From the NCBI GenBank assembly GCA_030704615.1, contig CM060732.1, positions 11,904,001-11,968,000 of the forward strand: DNA of 64,000 nucleotides. Reading direction: 5' to 3'. Below the pieces are notes generated by a model. That model was not told the origin of the DNA. It saw only the letters and a list, made by a program, of their open reading frames with translations, and searched no databases. Of the stretch, positions 1-12,024 are shown piece by piece; the stretch's first letter is position 1, and every line of letters begins with the position of its first letter. Source of the stretch: Takakia lepidozioides (taxonomy: Eukaryota; Plantae; Bryophyta). A program made the position numbers and the translations under genes.

Positions 1-39
1 TTTGGTTAAGTACTCTCTCTCTCTCTCTCTCTCTCTTCT

Positions 40-1246
40 GTCCGACTCTGTTCATCTGGGATCAAGGGAAAGATGTGGAGAGTGGTTCATAACTTGTATG
101 CTCACACCAAAGCTGTGTCACTGATAATGGACAGAAGTTTAACTTCTTTGACATAGACCAAGGTGTAGCTCAAGGATGTACCCTCTCCCCTCTACTCTTC
201 AATGTTTTCATCAATCAACTCCTCGAGGATGTGGAAAGTGAGGGATTTGGGTTAATCGTGGGTGCTGCCACCATACCAGCCCTTATGTTTGCGGATGACT
301 TTGCAAACATAAGGGCATACGTGAGACTCCATCCAATCTTCAGGAGGTGATTGATTGCACAAAGCGTTATTAGGCCTGCCTTGGAGTATGCATCGGCAGT
401 ATGGGTTGATAACTCCAACCACGCTAAGTCTCTAGATCCCATTCAAGTGGGGTGCTTAAGGAGTGCATGTCAGCATGCTCCAGAACAGCTAGGGTAGAAG
501 AGATCCTCAAGGATCTGGATCTAAGTCCGCAAGTCTTGACCCTGCTGGATAAATCTGACTTAGAGGCTGTAGTGTCCAAAGCCATGTCGGTTGCCAGGAA
601 ATTGTCTGATGAAATTGAAGTTAGGCAGAAAACTTCCCTGAGCTTGTTGCCAGTCTGTGACATGGGGGAGGCCATCATGGATGACCTCAAGGGTCTACCC
701 ACTCTCGGCACTAGACTGAGCTTTAAACTCAGGGCGGAAGCCTACCTTTGAACAGCAAACAGAAGCAGAGAGGAAAGGGGGATTGCAAATGCCCGTTGTG
801 TGGGCAACCTGAAGACAATAGTCATTTTCCGATTCATTGTCCCGGGTACTCTCACCCGAGAGACGCCCTCTTCAAATCCATCAAGGGAATTGTGCCTGTA
901 CGTACCTCTGTTTACCAACTTTGACAGTCTCAAGGCTGAGCCAAAAGCCTGGGCCCTTTTGTGGCCAACTTATTGGGCAAACCACACACAGCAGATTGAG
1001 GCTTGTGTAAAGGGGTTTCTAGAGGATATCTGGAAAACTCGGATCAATTGTCTGTTCCAAGGTAAGTCATACCACTGACGTAAGCCCCTGGCAAAGGTAG
1101 TTTCTGTCCCTTTGTGTTCCGCTCAAACTGGGCGCGGGGTCAATGGCCACAAGGCTATGGCAAACAATGTCTTATGAGTACATTCTCTCTCTCTCTTCTG
1201 GCCACAAGGCTACGGAGTCTTATGAGTACATTCTCTCTCTCTTCTG
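40..1246 (+). mobile_element. Degenerate non-LTR retrotransposon (LINE family 1, RTEX-like) in an intron of the VASt gene
   Basis: RT motifs GVAQGCTLSPLLFNVFINQLL and ALMFADDF at ~160-305. The C-terminal region (ORF 452-751 plus Cys/His remnant) matches the minus-strand copy at 47880-48570. The 3' tail GGCCACAAGGCTA..GTCTTATGAGTACATT(CT)n is present twice in tandem (1146-1246). Confidence 0.85.
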
Positions 1247-1296
1247 CCAACTTGATTCAATGTCTGTGCATCTCATTTAAATATGCGAATGTGCAG

Positions 1297-2721
1297 GCGG
1301 CTTTTTCCTTTTTGTATGGTGATGATCAGTTCATGCGGCTCTACCACAAGGAAGCTAATGAGGACCCTGACATTGAGGTGTCCAGCTGGACAGCTGATGG
1401 TCAGCGCACTGTAACATTTACGGCCCCTCTTAATGCACCAGCCTTGGTGAGGAAGATTGTTGGTAAGTCACGTCTCCAACATTCTCTTCACATTGTCTTC
1501 AGAGATAATGAAGAGAGAGAAGGTAATGATGCTTAACTTGGAATGCTTTGCCAGTGGTGGGAGGCTGTAGTCTTGCTGGCGTAGGTTCTGTTGGACAATT
1601 CGTAGTTGGCTACAGTCTGGATGCTTAGGCCGAGAAGGGAGGAAAGAGGATGGGAGATGTAAAGAAGCTTTTGTGCTGTCACAGTGACAATGATATTGAC
1701 AGATGGTATAGAGTGATCAAATAAAGATTAGTCTTGCAGGTAGTGATCTTATCCGGATAAGAGAGGTTCAAGAATATGAGAGAGTTGGTAATTGTTTCAC
1801 AATCAAGTCCGACCCAACCACGGAGGGGGCTGCTGGGGAATTATTCAGCACAAAGGGCCAGATTGTGTTAGCACCTGCTGAGAGCGGGAATGGATGCTCA
1901 ATAATGATTGACGCTACTCTTGAGTGCAAGACCTCCATTTGGGGTGTCCAAGGTACTTCTTTTCCCAATTTTTTGTCCTCACTCTTAAAATTTCTTTTCT
2001 GTCTGTGTTGAGCCTGTGTCTGCTTCAACCAAGTCCTCTCCTTGAGCTGCTAGATCAAAAGCAAGATGCTGTGCGTCTGGCTGTGAGTGTGCTCTTAAAG
2101 TGACTAAGCAGTAAAGGTTTGATGTGGTCAGGTACCACAGAGAGTTTCATGGAGGTGAAAGCCAAGAAATCATTTGAGAATTGGATGGCAATTGCACGAA
2201 AGTTCTGCGAAGAACAAGTGGCACTAGCAGGACAGGCCCTCCTTCCTTTCACCTGCATTGAAGAAGAGGAGTCGCATAGCTCTGACGATGACAAGTTCTA
2301 CGACCCTGAAGACAGGGAGGATGTGGATGACCAGCCACACAACCAAAGCGCAGATGCCAATGAACAGAGAACTATCAGCCAAGCCATCGAAGGACGTGTC
2401 TCAGGAGGAGCGGAACCTCTTCAAATAGGATCTGAGGGCAAGTCTGAGCTAGATATGTGGTTTGTAAAATCAGTAATGAGAGAACTCAATTGCCTCCGAA
2501 TTTCGAGCGAGGCGGCACAAGCGCATCTTGTGAATCTGGGAGCCAAGCTGCAACGATTGGAGGATGACGTTGGGTTCATGAAATCTAAAGTGCAGTTGCC
2601 ACCGTCAGAAGATAGGCTTTTTTCCCCCAGAGCTACCTGGACTCTTGTTGGCCTTGGTGTCACCACTGGTGTGCTTTTGGGAGTAGGGCATGCTTATTTG
2701 AAATCCAAGTCGGAAAGGTAA
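1297..2721 (+). CDS. 3' exons of a VASt (StART-like lipid transfer) domain protein with a C-terminal transmembrane anchor; the 5' part lies upstream of the window
   Basis: Exons 1297-1462, 1740-1952 and 2132-2721 join in frame through GT-AG introns. VASt-like sequence (DIEVSSWTADGQRTVTFTAPL; LECKTSIWGVQGTTESFME), an acidic linker, a coiled coil and a terminal TM segment (WTLVGLGVTTGVLLGVG). Confidence 0.8.
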
Positions 2722-3484
2722 AGTAGTGAATCCATTTATTGAGTTGATCATACCGGGCCTTCATCAAAGCTTTACCTGTAATTACTTATGTGTACTTAAT
2801 TAATGTAGTTTGTAGCTACCTCAAGACAATTATTGTGCCTTCCAGTAAGGTGAGGAGGTGCAGAGTTTTGCCCAAACTTGGACCTTTTTAAATGTGAAAG
2901 GAGGAGGTTGGGATATTCTTAACGTTGTCAAATGAATTTCAACAGTCCATATCTCATTCTGGAGAGGTATTGGGATATGGTCGGTGGATGATGGTATAAC
3001 CAGAAAAGAATCCTCGGTAGTGTCCCTCATTTCAAGCCAAGAAATGAAGATCTCTTGAGGGGTTTCTTCTATTTCCTACAGCATGCTATTAGGCTGACAG
3101 CCTGGGTGATGTGGGGTTCAAACATTGGACCTTCTATCTGCTCCTCTGTGACTACATTCTTGATTCACATGATATTAGGGACTAAAAAGGCTTCCTCTGG
3201 GAGTGATGTGATCCACCTCTACCAAAGGCCATGTGGTTTGGACCAATGTTGGGCGGTTACTTAAATTTCTTTCTAATACCAGGCGGCTACCTATCCAGTT
3301 ATATATATATATATGACCGGCAGAGGTGGAAAAATGAAATAACCGGTCGCCACTTACAGGGCAAAATTGGCCCGGTCACGCGATAAAATCCCATATTGAT
3401 TGCCCATAATCAGAACCCCGTGGAGGACATAAACCGGGGTGTGCCATCCTGGGTGCATAGTGGGAGGGGAGGGGGTTGGTAGAA

Positions 3485-4065
3485 TGTGAGCACACCGGTG
3501 AGCACAAATGGCGTGAGCACAAACCCACGGTCATGGGGGTTTATGTTTTTAAACCGCGGTCATAGGAGCTATATGTTTTCAAAACGGAATAAAACCCCAA
3601 AACCCTAATACGAAATAAGAACCCATAATGTATATCTAGAAGCTCCAAGTTCCATATATCTACAGCTTTGGTATTCTACAAAAGAATAACACGTTAAAGA
3701 AAAAACAAAGTCACAATAACCAACACCATCCAAAACACACAAATACCAAACAATAGTTGAACAATTTAATATAATGAGGCAAACAACGGGTTTCGTTAAC
3801 GAAATAAATCAAGGTATCGGGTTTCTCCAACGAAATGGTGGATTTTGCCAAAGAAATAGTGGGTTTCCCCAACGAAATAGCGGATTTCGTCGGCGAAATT
3901 TCTAAGTATCGTTGCGTAGGTCATTATCTTATGGTTTCGTGGGCGAAACAATATGTATTGTGTTTGGTGATAGGGTGACTAACCCATCTACGTGTGGCTT
4001 GTGCTCACATGAGCACAAGCCTCCTCACATGCGCACAATTTGGTCCCGTGAGCACAAATTTCCAA
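3485..4065. repeat. Cluster of GTGAGCACA(A) motifs in both orientations flanking a ~21-bp TTTCN..NGAAA tandem array; probable non-autonomous DNA transposon remnant
   Basis: GTGAGCACA x3 at 3486-3521. Inverse TTGTGCTCAC at ~3999 with further direct copies to ~4058. Five or six units like GGGTTTCCCCAACGAAATAG at 3788-3950. Confidence 0.5.
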
Positions 4066-4456
4066 TTTTAGTTTTGCCGCAACAACTTTTCGGGAATATT
4101 CGTGAATTTTCGGGCATTTTGTCTTTTGCGCACGCGAGCACGCGCACAGCGGCGCTCAAACCTCCATAATCGGCCAGCCCAGCCGAATCAGCAGTACACC
4201 CTAGGTGGCCGATTCGGCCTGAGAATTAGTCTTAAAAAGCGGCAGAATACTCAACACCTGATTTTAACGTATAGGGTAATGCCCTGAGTGGAGGGCATTC
4301 CCGGATTTAAGGGCCTGAAGCCTAGGGCGGTAACGATGAATTCTGCTTTTTAACGGCACGATAAATACAAATACGCAGGTCCACCACAATAGGCTCCGTC
4401 CTTTGGTGTTTTTGTGGTTGTTGTTTTATACTTTTTCTAGGGCTTCATGAATCATT

Positions 4457-4658
4457 CCCATCAACCCTCCATAGAGTAAGCTTAATGGATAAGCATAGTT
4501 CTCTCCCTAAAGATGTCTCCACAATGCCTCTACCCTTGCGGGTCCCATCAACCCTCTAAAGACTAGGCTCTCTCTCTCTCTAGGCTTAATGGATAAGCCT
4601 GGTTCTCCGTTCTCCGCCTAGGCAAGAAGTCTCCACAATGCCTCTATCCCTTGCGGGA
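4457..4658. repeat. Imperfect tandem duplication (~90-115 bp unit)
   Basis: CCCATCAACCCTC...GCTTAATGGATAAGC...GTCTCCACAATGCCTCTA..CCTTGCGGG occurs twice in succession. Confidence 0.8.
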
Positions 4659-5960
4659 CAGAGCCAACAAAAGTTTTTGGCAGTGCTTTACAATGGCCCC
4701 TAAGACAATATCATTGTGTCTGCATCGAAGGACCAAAGAGTGCTGCCTGGGCCACTGTTGGGGACATATGGCTCTTTCTTTCAGTGCTCATTGCCCCAAG
4801 CTGCCATGACCAAGGAAGCATGCATACTTTTATAGGAAGGGTCACTCCCACGGCCTCCCTAAATTTTCGAGCACCCTCCTTCCCACTCAAAATTATGAAG
4901 GGCGAATGATCCTTCAACCCAAACGTGAAAAACTCGGAAATTTGGAGGCGGAGGCATCTTCCGTGCCTTCCAAAAGCCGGAATCTTTCGGCCCAGGGGGT
5001 TCCTTGAATTACAAAGAATGTTTTCCCGGCGTGAATGAAGATTTTAGAGTAATTCTGGAATGATTCATATCAACAGACGGCCTAATTCCAACTCAGAAAA
5101 CTACGTTGAACAGTCAGTAACCTGTCCGTCTACCGTATGCTTAACAAGCCCATCCAAACAGTCCATCACCATGAATTAGACGAGCCTACCTGCAGGTTTA
5201 TAATAATTAATAGTAATAAGGCATTGAATAATGAAATGGTGAATAGGTAATAAGCCGCCTCGTGACTTTGGAACCCACGCGTTTGTCGTCGGTCTTCCGG
5301 AATAATAAGTACTCTACCCAATAGATTATACTACCGTCCACCGGAAAGTTTGACCGTATCAGAGGAAACCAGAAAATAAACATATGTACCATTGGTATGA
5401 TTGGTATGCGCGTTCCAAATCCATTGGACAAGAGAACGGACCATCAGTCATAGAAGGAAGGTGACAAGGGAAGAGACGAGAAGGAGACGGGGAAAGGAGG
5501 TGGTCGTTCGATGTGAAGTCACTGTAAGGATCGTAGTAGACTTGGATTGTGAAGGCAGCATTCTTGTATGACATCACTGCAAGAATCCTATTGTGTGTGT
5601 TTTTGGGAGCTGAAATTCAGACTAAAGCTGAAAGCTTGGAGGATATAGTGCAGGTGAGAAAGTTGAAATCTTGGGTGGATCGAACGGCAAGGTGTTTGAA
5701 GAGAACGGGCATAGAATTGGGGAGAGGATCGACGGAACAAGCAAGATTTGTTTCAAGCTGAAGTTTTAGAGTAGGTAGGGAGTAGGGAGTCAATCGGGGA
5801 GCAGTCAGAAGCGGAGAAGAAAGTTCTGAGATCGTCACAGATCGAAGGAACAGACTCTAAACTTTCGGCTCGGCCGACTTGGAAGAAGAAAAGGAACTTG
5901 GCGCCGGCGGCATTTGATATCACTGAAAGATTATCGCACAACGACCACTGTGAAGCAGCG

Positions 5961-8055
5961 ATGGCTTTCGGAGTGCGAGGAATGGTTGGGGATAATCCCT
6001 GCAAAGACAAGATCGCGGAGGGCGTCGAGTTGTGTCCATTCTTAAGGAATATTGGGGATGCAACTACCTTCTCCTTCTCCTCTTTCAAGTTTCCTACTCC
6101 TGTAAGTCCTCGCTCTTGATGCCCTATGTCTGCCCGCCTGTTTCCTTTCTCTCCCTCTGTCCCTCCCCTTCCAATCCCCCTTCTGAACGTTTCTTTCTCT
6201 TTTTCCCCGTTCGTCGCTCGTTTTGAACCCTTGACTCCTTTTCCTCTCCCCCACCCCACCCGAACCTACCTTTGCTCTTCTCTTCCTAACACCTCCTTCA
6301 CCCGACATCTTCTCTCCCTCCACCCCCCAGCCAGGCACCTGGGCTATGGCCCGAACAAAGTGTGCTGAGTACTAGGATGGAATCAATTTCCAACTCTCCG
6401 AAAACAACTTGCCAGTTGACTGGTGTATAACTCTTTACCGTTTATTCTCTTCCTGTTTCTGTCTCACTCACAAACCCGCTCACTTCAGAAAGGAGGGCTT
6501 ATTACTGAGTCTTGACAGAATGACATGACCTCACCCATGGGGCATTTCTTTGGGACTCTGGTATCCACACACTTGGTTTTTTATTCCTACCCTTGCCAAG
6601 TCGGGCTGAATCTAATACGCCGGTGGGGTCACATTGCTGCAACCTGCCCTGGAAGATTGTTTTCCCAGAAGGGCTGTGAGCCATAGCCAAGTGTGACTTT
6701 CTTTCCTTCCTCTGGAGACACTCTAAGATGCGCCTCTCTTGTTCTCTACATTTGCAGAGCAAAGCTGTGCGGGGTCCAATATTTGAGGATGGCCCTGGTT
6801 TTGAAAATGCATTCCGGCTTTTCCATGGGCAAGATGGAGTGGTTCCGTTGTCTGAAAGGTCAAAACCGGAAGCCAGCAGTGCTCACTGGGTGGACAGCTC
6901 CAAGGCTACAAATATGGCATTTCACCCTTTGTCAGCATCTGCAGCTGCAATCAGTCTCTCCCCATTTGGGGCATCAGGACCATTCAGCTTCGATGCCTTC
7001 ATGGCCAGGCAGAATGCAAGCAAGTCCAACAAAAAGCAGCCAAACAGAAAGGAATCAAGCTCTGAGAAGACTTCGAAGTCAGAGGTCAATTCAAAGCCAA
7101 CCAACCTTTCCCCTCTGACACTCATCATGTTTAGGGGTTGGGTTATTCATTACCCTTTTTAGGCTCCTCCTATAGGAAATGCTTGTGTCTGGTGGCAGTT
7201 CTTGCTTGAGTTTGTTTCATGATCAGAGCCGATCAACTCTGCAACTTTGATAGTCAACCCTCTTCCAGGCAAGATAAAGTATGTGCCTATCTTCATTTCT
7301 AGATCTTCTCTCAGAGATTCTGACAAAGGTTGCCGTTGCTGATTGTGAAGCAGGGACCAAGCCATGAAGCTATGGGGAGTGAATGGTTAGCCACAGGGAA
7401 TTGTCCAATTGCAAAGTCATTTCGGGCTGTAAGCGGGGTGTTGCCATTAGTTGCGAAGATGTTGCAACCGCCTCAAGGGATGAAGTATAAATGTCCTCCT
7501 GCTATTGTGGCGGCACGGGCAGCTTTGGCCAGAACATCTGCAGTGAAAGCTCTAAGGCCTCAAGCGTTACCAACCAAGGTGCTTGCAATTGGGCTTCTAG
7601 GAATGGCCATGAATGTTCCTCTGGGAGTCTGGAGAGAGCACACCAAAAAGTTTTCACCTCAGTGGATCATGGCTGTCCATGCCACTGTTCCTTTTATTGC
7701 TATGTTGCGCAAGGCTGTCAACATGCCGAAGTATGCAATGGCCTTCACAATTGGATCTGCCATTCTTGGGCAGGCTCTTGGAGCTCGTGCAGAGAGAGTG
7801 CGTTTGACCGAGCTAAAGGCCACTACTGGTGCTTCAATTGGGTTGGAACAGCCAAAACAAATTGCAGGACCCTTAAGTTGTGAACCAGGCAAAGCTGTTT
7901 TGCAAAAAAGTAAACTGACTCTTGAAATGTCTAAGATAGAGGAGGAGAAACGACACGTTGTGGTACCAAAGGCCCTTCAATGTGGTTCAGACACTCAGCT
8001 GGAGGGCTCCTTGAGTATCATGAGTCCTTCATTGCGGCCGGTCGGTGCGTGTTGA
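5961..8055 (+). CDS. NHR2: NHR2-like (non-host resistance 2A/2B family) conserved plant protein, 3 exons
   Basis: Exons 5961-6101, 6758-7084 and 7351(or 7354)-8055. Family motifs CPFLRNI, GPIFEDGP.F..AFRLFHG.DGVVPLS, EWLATGNCPIAKS.RAVSGVLP and VPLGVWREHTKKFSPQW. Confidence 0.85.
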
Positions 8056-9462
8056 TTGTTGTAGTAGGCTGAAAGAATCCAGGGAGAAACACCTTCCATA
8101 CTGAAACTAATTTCTTACATTCTTTCATTGACAATTTTTCGAGGCGCAGGTGGCAGAAGTATTGAGGTTCTTAATAACGGGCATGACAAGTGTCACATTG
8201 AAGTGTACAATTGTACATGGATTTATTGGTTCCATGCTGTTCCAGTAACACCATTCAGGTTTTGGCCAATCAATAAGGCAGAGAGGCGATATGTTATCGA
8301 TTCCCTTCCATCATTTTACTTCCTCCCCGCTACACATGTTTTGGTGACAGTATGTTTTTCAGGTACCCATATATGCTACCAGTAATTATAAGCGGTTGTT
8401 GGCTACAGAGGAATTCGTCATGGACTTTGTTGCGAAGTTGGGCCAAGGGTGAGCAATGTCCAATCTCAGTATAAGTTGGAAGAGTTGTGGCAGTAGGCAT
8501 GCAGACTGAGGTGATACATAAGAACATATCAGCTAGCATTTACAACATACATGATCAAGCAGTAGAGAGGGACAGAAGACATTGGGGAGGGATTGTGCAA
8601 TGCTAGCCACCCAGTGCACAAGTGCCCTTGCCACACTCTACAATTGTGAGAAAGAGGCAATGCACTCATCCATCTTTGCCTTGATGGAAACCTTGTGGAT
8701 ATACACCAGTGCACAGCCTGGCCATTCCAGAGAAGTGGGGAAGATTGACATAGGAGGGCAGGGCAAGAGAAAACAAAAAGTTGCCATGAACAAGCAGTCC
8801 CTCCTCGCTCCATGAGCACATACGACACCATACGGGGAGAAGGTGATTAGCAACCAATTTGGAGTTGGGACCTATATCCAAACAGAAAGAAATTTGTCAA
8901 GTACAGAACACAGTCTAATTTAAGTGCCACTCATCTTCATTGCTCTTGGTGACAAACACACAATGCTTCCAACTCGGATTCATGGTTTGCAACTACCTTC
9001 AGAAATGTGATGTTTGCTGCCAGCGTCCCCTCACACTGGGCCACCTACAGCCATTGGCAGGCAATTCAACTTACAAAAATTGCAACCCATGTATCAGCCA
9101 TGTTCCAGCAAGAAATCTTCACCAGCAGCACTTGTTGAGAAGTCCATGCATTGTGACCTCTACAGGAGGAATCAATGGCAGACCACAGGAATGTAATCGA
9201 GGACAATAGCTCGCACCTTTGGTACCGTAGTTGACAATGGGTAAGTAAACAGATGAGTAATATCCCAATACGTAGGCTAAGAATCACACCCATACTAACT
9301 TTGACACAGGTTGCACACTGGACAATATCAGCCACTTGGAATGAGACTTGTAAAATGCCAGAATTGCTGGCCAGAAGCATTATGTAAGGCTGCTCAGTAG
9401 CTTAAAGACAACGGCAATCCCAAATTGGGTAAAACTACAGCTAAATTCCGTAAAAACTTTGT

Positions 9463-10372
9463 TTATGCTTTCAGCCTGAAGGTCGTGGATCGAATAATAT
9501 CGTCATCTGCATTCAACTTCTTCTGTAAAGCAAGCTGGCTGTCTGGCTTAGTAACATAAGTGAACAACAGGTAGATACCATCCAAATATCTGCTGGCAAC
9601 ACCTCCCATGTTCTTTGTCTTTATGTTGTAAGCAAGAGGCTGCATGCCTCTATTGAACATCTCCACATCCAGTCCACCACCAGCAATAATCGCCTGCATC
9701 AAACCCAACTCTAGTATTTTAGCATGGTGCCAAACAATTCCTTGGAACTGCACTACTCATGGACTGCATCCTCCCAAGACAGCAGCCTTGCTAAAACGGC
9801 AAGGGCATGCCTTTCCATCAATGCCTGGGAGTCAGTGACTCCTGACTTCTTCACTATCAATCAACCTTGTGCCACAGGAGAAGGCATTGGAACAGCCATA
9901 TCTTAGACAACCTTTATACGAATAACGCAACGCATAAGAGCAAATGGGACGAGGCAGCTACCTCCTCATAGCGATGAGTAAGAGTAAGTCGCTGTTCCTC
10001 GGATAGATCAGGACGCAAGACGGCCATTGTCTCATATCGCTGCAAGCCTGGGGGGTATTGACGGATTTCCCTTTGCCCTAATCCAAGATCTCCAACTCCC
10101 TCAGAATCCTCATCCATTCCTGTCAAAGAATCCTGCATGGCCACAGCCCTTGCTGACACTACCATTCCACGGAACCAGGCCGGCGTCACCTCCTTTCTGC
10201 CATGCCTCCCCGAATTCGCCTTCCCTCTCCACAACGACATGGTGCCAAACATAGCCGAGGCCGACGATGCTGTGCTCACCAGAACCGCATTGCTGCTGCT
10301 GCTGGCAGCACTGCTCAAACCCACAAGCCCTGCTGTCAGAGCAGGAGCTGAGGTTGCAGCCGCGAGCGCCAT
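9463..10372 (-). CDS. RPS6: Plastid 30S ribosomal protein S6 (bS6c) with transit peptide, 2 exons
   Basis: Exons 10372-9962 and 9693-9463. Ala/Ser-rich transit peptide, then PPGLQRYETMAVLRPDLSEEQRL, FNRGMQPLAYNI, YLDGIYLLFTY and DDDIIRS. Confidence 0.93.
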
Positions 10373-10620
10373 AGCTCGCACTTTCTGGACAAAGTACACC
10401 CACCCAAATCAGCCAAAGCCCCTTCTCGCCTTCTCGTCTAATTACCCCGTTAACAGACTCCGAAAAACTTTCAAGACGAGATTCCCACAGCGACAGTGAG
10501 GAAGAAGAGTTCACGCGTGCGAGCGAGAGGGGATTTATCCACTAGGCTCAGCCAGTGGTAAGTGGACATGCCACCGTATTATCCACTCGAATCCGGTGCC
10601 CACTGGGTATGTTGTATGTT

Positions 10621-11450
10621 GTATGTTGTCCCATCAGTAACTAGAGAAAGAAAGAAGGAAAAACATTCATAACATCCGCAGAGAGGAAAAACCGAAATGA
10701 TCTTAGTGATCAGCAGAGTAGAGTCAGGGTAACTGCAAGGAATGCTGGTTGTCCAGAAAGTAAGGGAGACATGGAAACTCAGAATGAGTCAAGCAAGTCA
10801 GGCACATTCCCACTTGAACCTCTATAGTTACCATTTTTGCTCCAATGTAGCTGTTCTTCTAGAGTCCAGGGTCAACTGCTTTACAGTTACCTTCAGGTAG
10901 CTAAACCTGAGGGTTTATGTGGATTCAACAGCTCCATCAGAGCTGTGCATTGGGGAAATTACCAACATTATTTAAGGAGTATGACTTATGAGGCTCTTTT
11001 TCCGACCTTCACTGCATCCCTTGAATCTTTCAGCCCCCAGTCCCAGGTTGTTAATTTTTTATGTCTATTTTTCTTGGCAAGGGAGGGTAGCTATGACGAG
11101 TGTAGTCATTAATTGTAGTTTGCTGTAGCTGTCTGGATATAGACCTAGCACCCAGTTTGTATTGAGCAGGAAAAGGGGCGAGGGTGATGGGGGCTAGGGA
11201 GGAGAGAGCAGGGGGGCACTTCTAGAGCCTATCATAAGATAAACCCTTACTGAAATCGTTTTGTGACTTCTTCAATGTGGTGTTACAAATACCATCTAAG
11301 GGCATGTGGAATGACAGGAGAAGCTTATTTTGCAAGAATCTCTTCCAAAAGAGGTGAACACCCACTGATGCCTTTCATGATTTGACTGACTCTTTTAGTG
11401 AAGTCAGAATATACAAGTGAATCTGGATAAACTCCACCCTACACCAGTGG
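10621..11450 (+). pseudogene. Duplicated fragment of the PP4R4-like gene (two exons plus introns), with deletions
   Basis: Near-collinear with 56128-56949, plus a 15-nt match to 55890-55904. Both copied exons carry small deletions relative to the source. Confidence 0.88.
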
Positions 11451-12024
11451 TCCACATCCTGGACAGCAGGCAAGCTTCCTGGTGCATGTAACAGAGTACA
11501 TTTTCTTATGTCGGACTTGATGTAACTGCCGTGGATGAGTTAGTTAAAAGTCCCACGGAGTATTCTCAGCTGCGGATTTGGCCAAGGTGCCACATCACAC
11601 GTTCTCTATGAGACCCAGTTCCACAGTGCACATTTCAGGCCAAATCTTGTTTGCCTATGTTCCTATTACCCCAGATATTGGCTCATGAAGGGTTGGGGGC
11701 TTGAGCACTCAGGGTCGTTACTACCAGTAGAGGACTCCATTCCATCTCCAGGCATACAAACACAACATTTTCTCCATCATCAAGGACTGGGAAAAATAAC
11801 AAGAATTGAATTTGTTAAGTGCCACCCTAGTCTAACTCAAACTTGATGCCTGAAAAATTGAACCCTCTCAAGTTGGGCTTCAAGAGGCTGCACACCTTTA
11901 GCCAGTCTCTGTAGTTAACAAAGTGATGGTTTAGTGCCAATGTAGGTATGTCTTGACAGCCAGAAAATTTACATGCAGTACTCTGCACATTGAATTCATC
12001 TACAACCGACGCGCGAGGAAGACC

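Noticed and set aside
5753-6368. Long minus-strand Gly/Arg-rich ORFs
   Set aside because: They are antisense to NHR2 exon 1 and a pyrimidine-rich intron; a compositional artefact.
8330-9400. Short ORFs between NHR2 and RPS6
   Set aside because: No recognisable motifs or coherent splice pattern; probably UTR or intergenic sequence.
10621-11450. Initially read as a SINE or non-autonomous retroelement shared with 56 kb
   Set aside because: The 56-kb copy contains in-frame PP4R4 exons, so this is a gene-fragment duplication.
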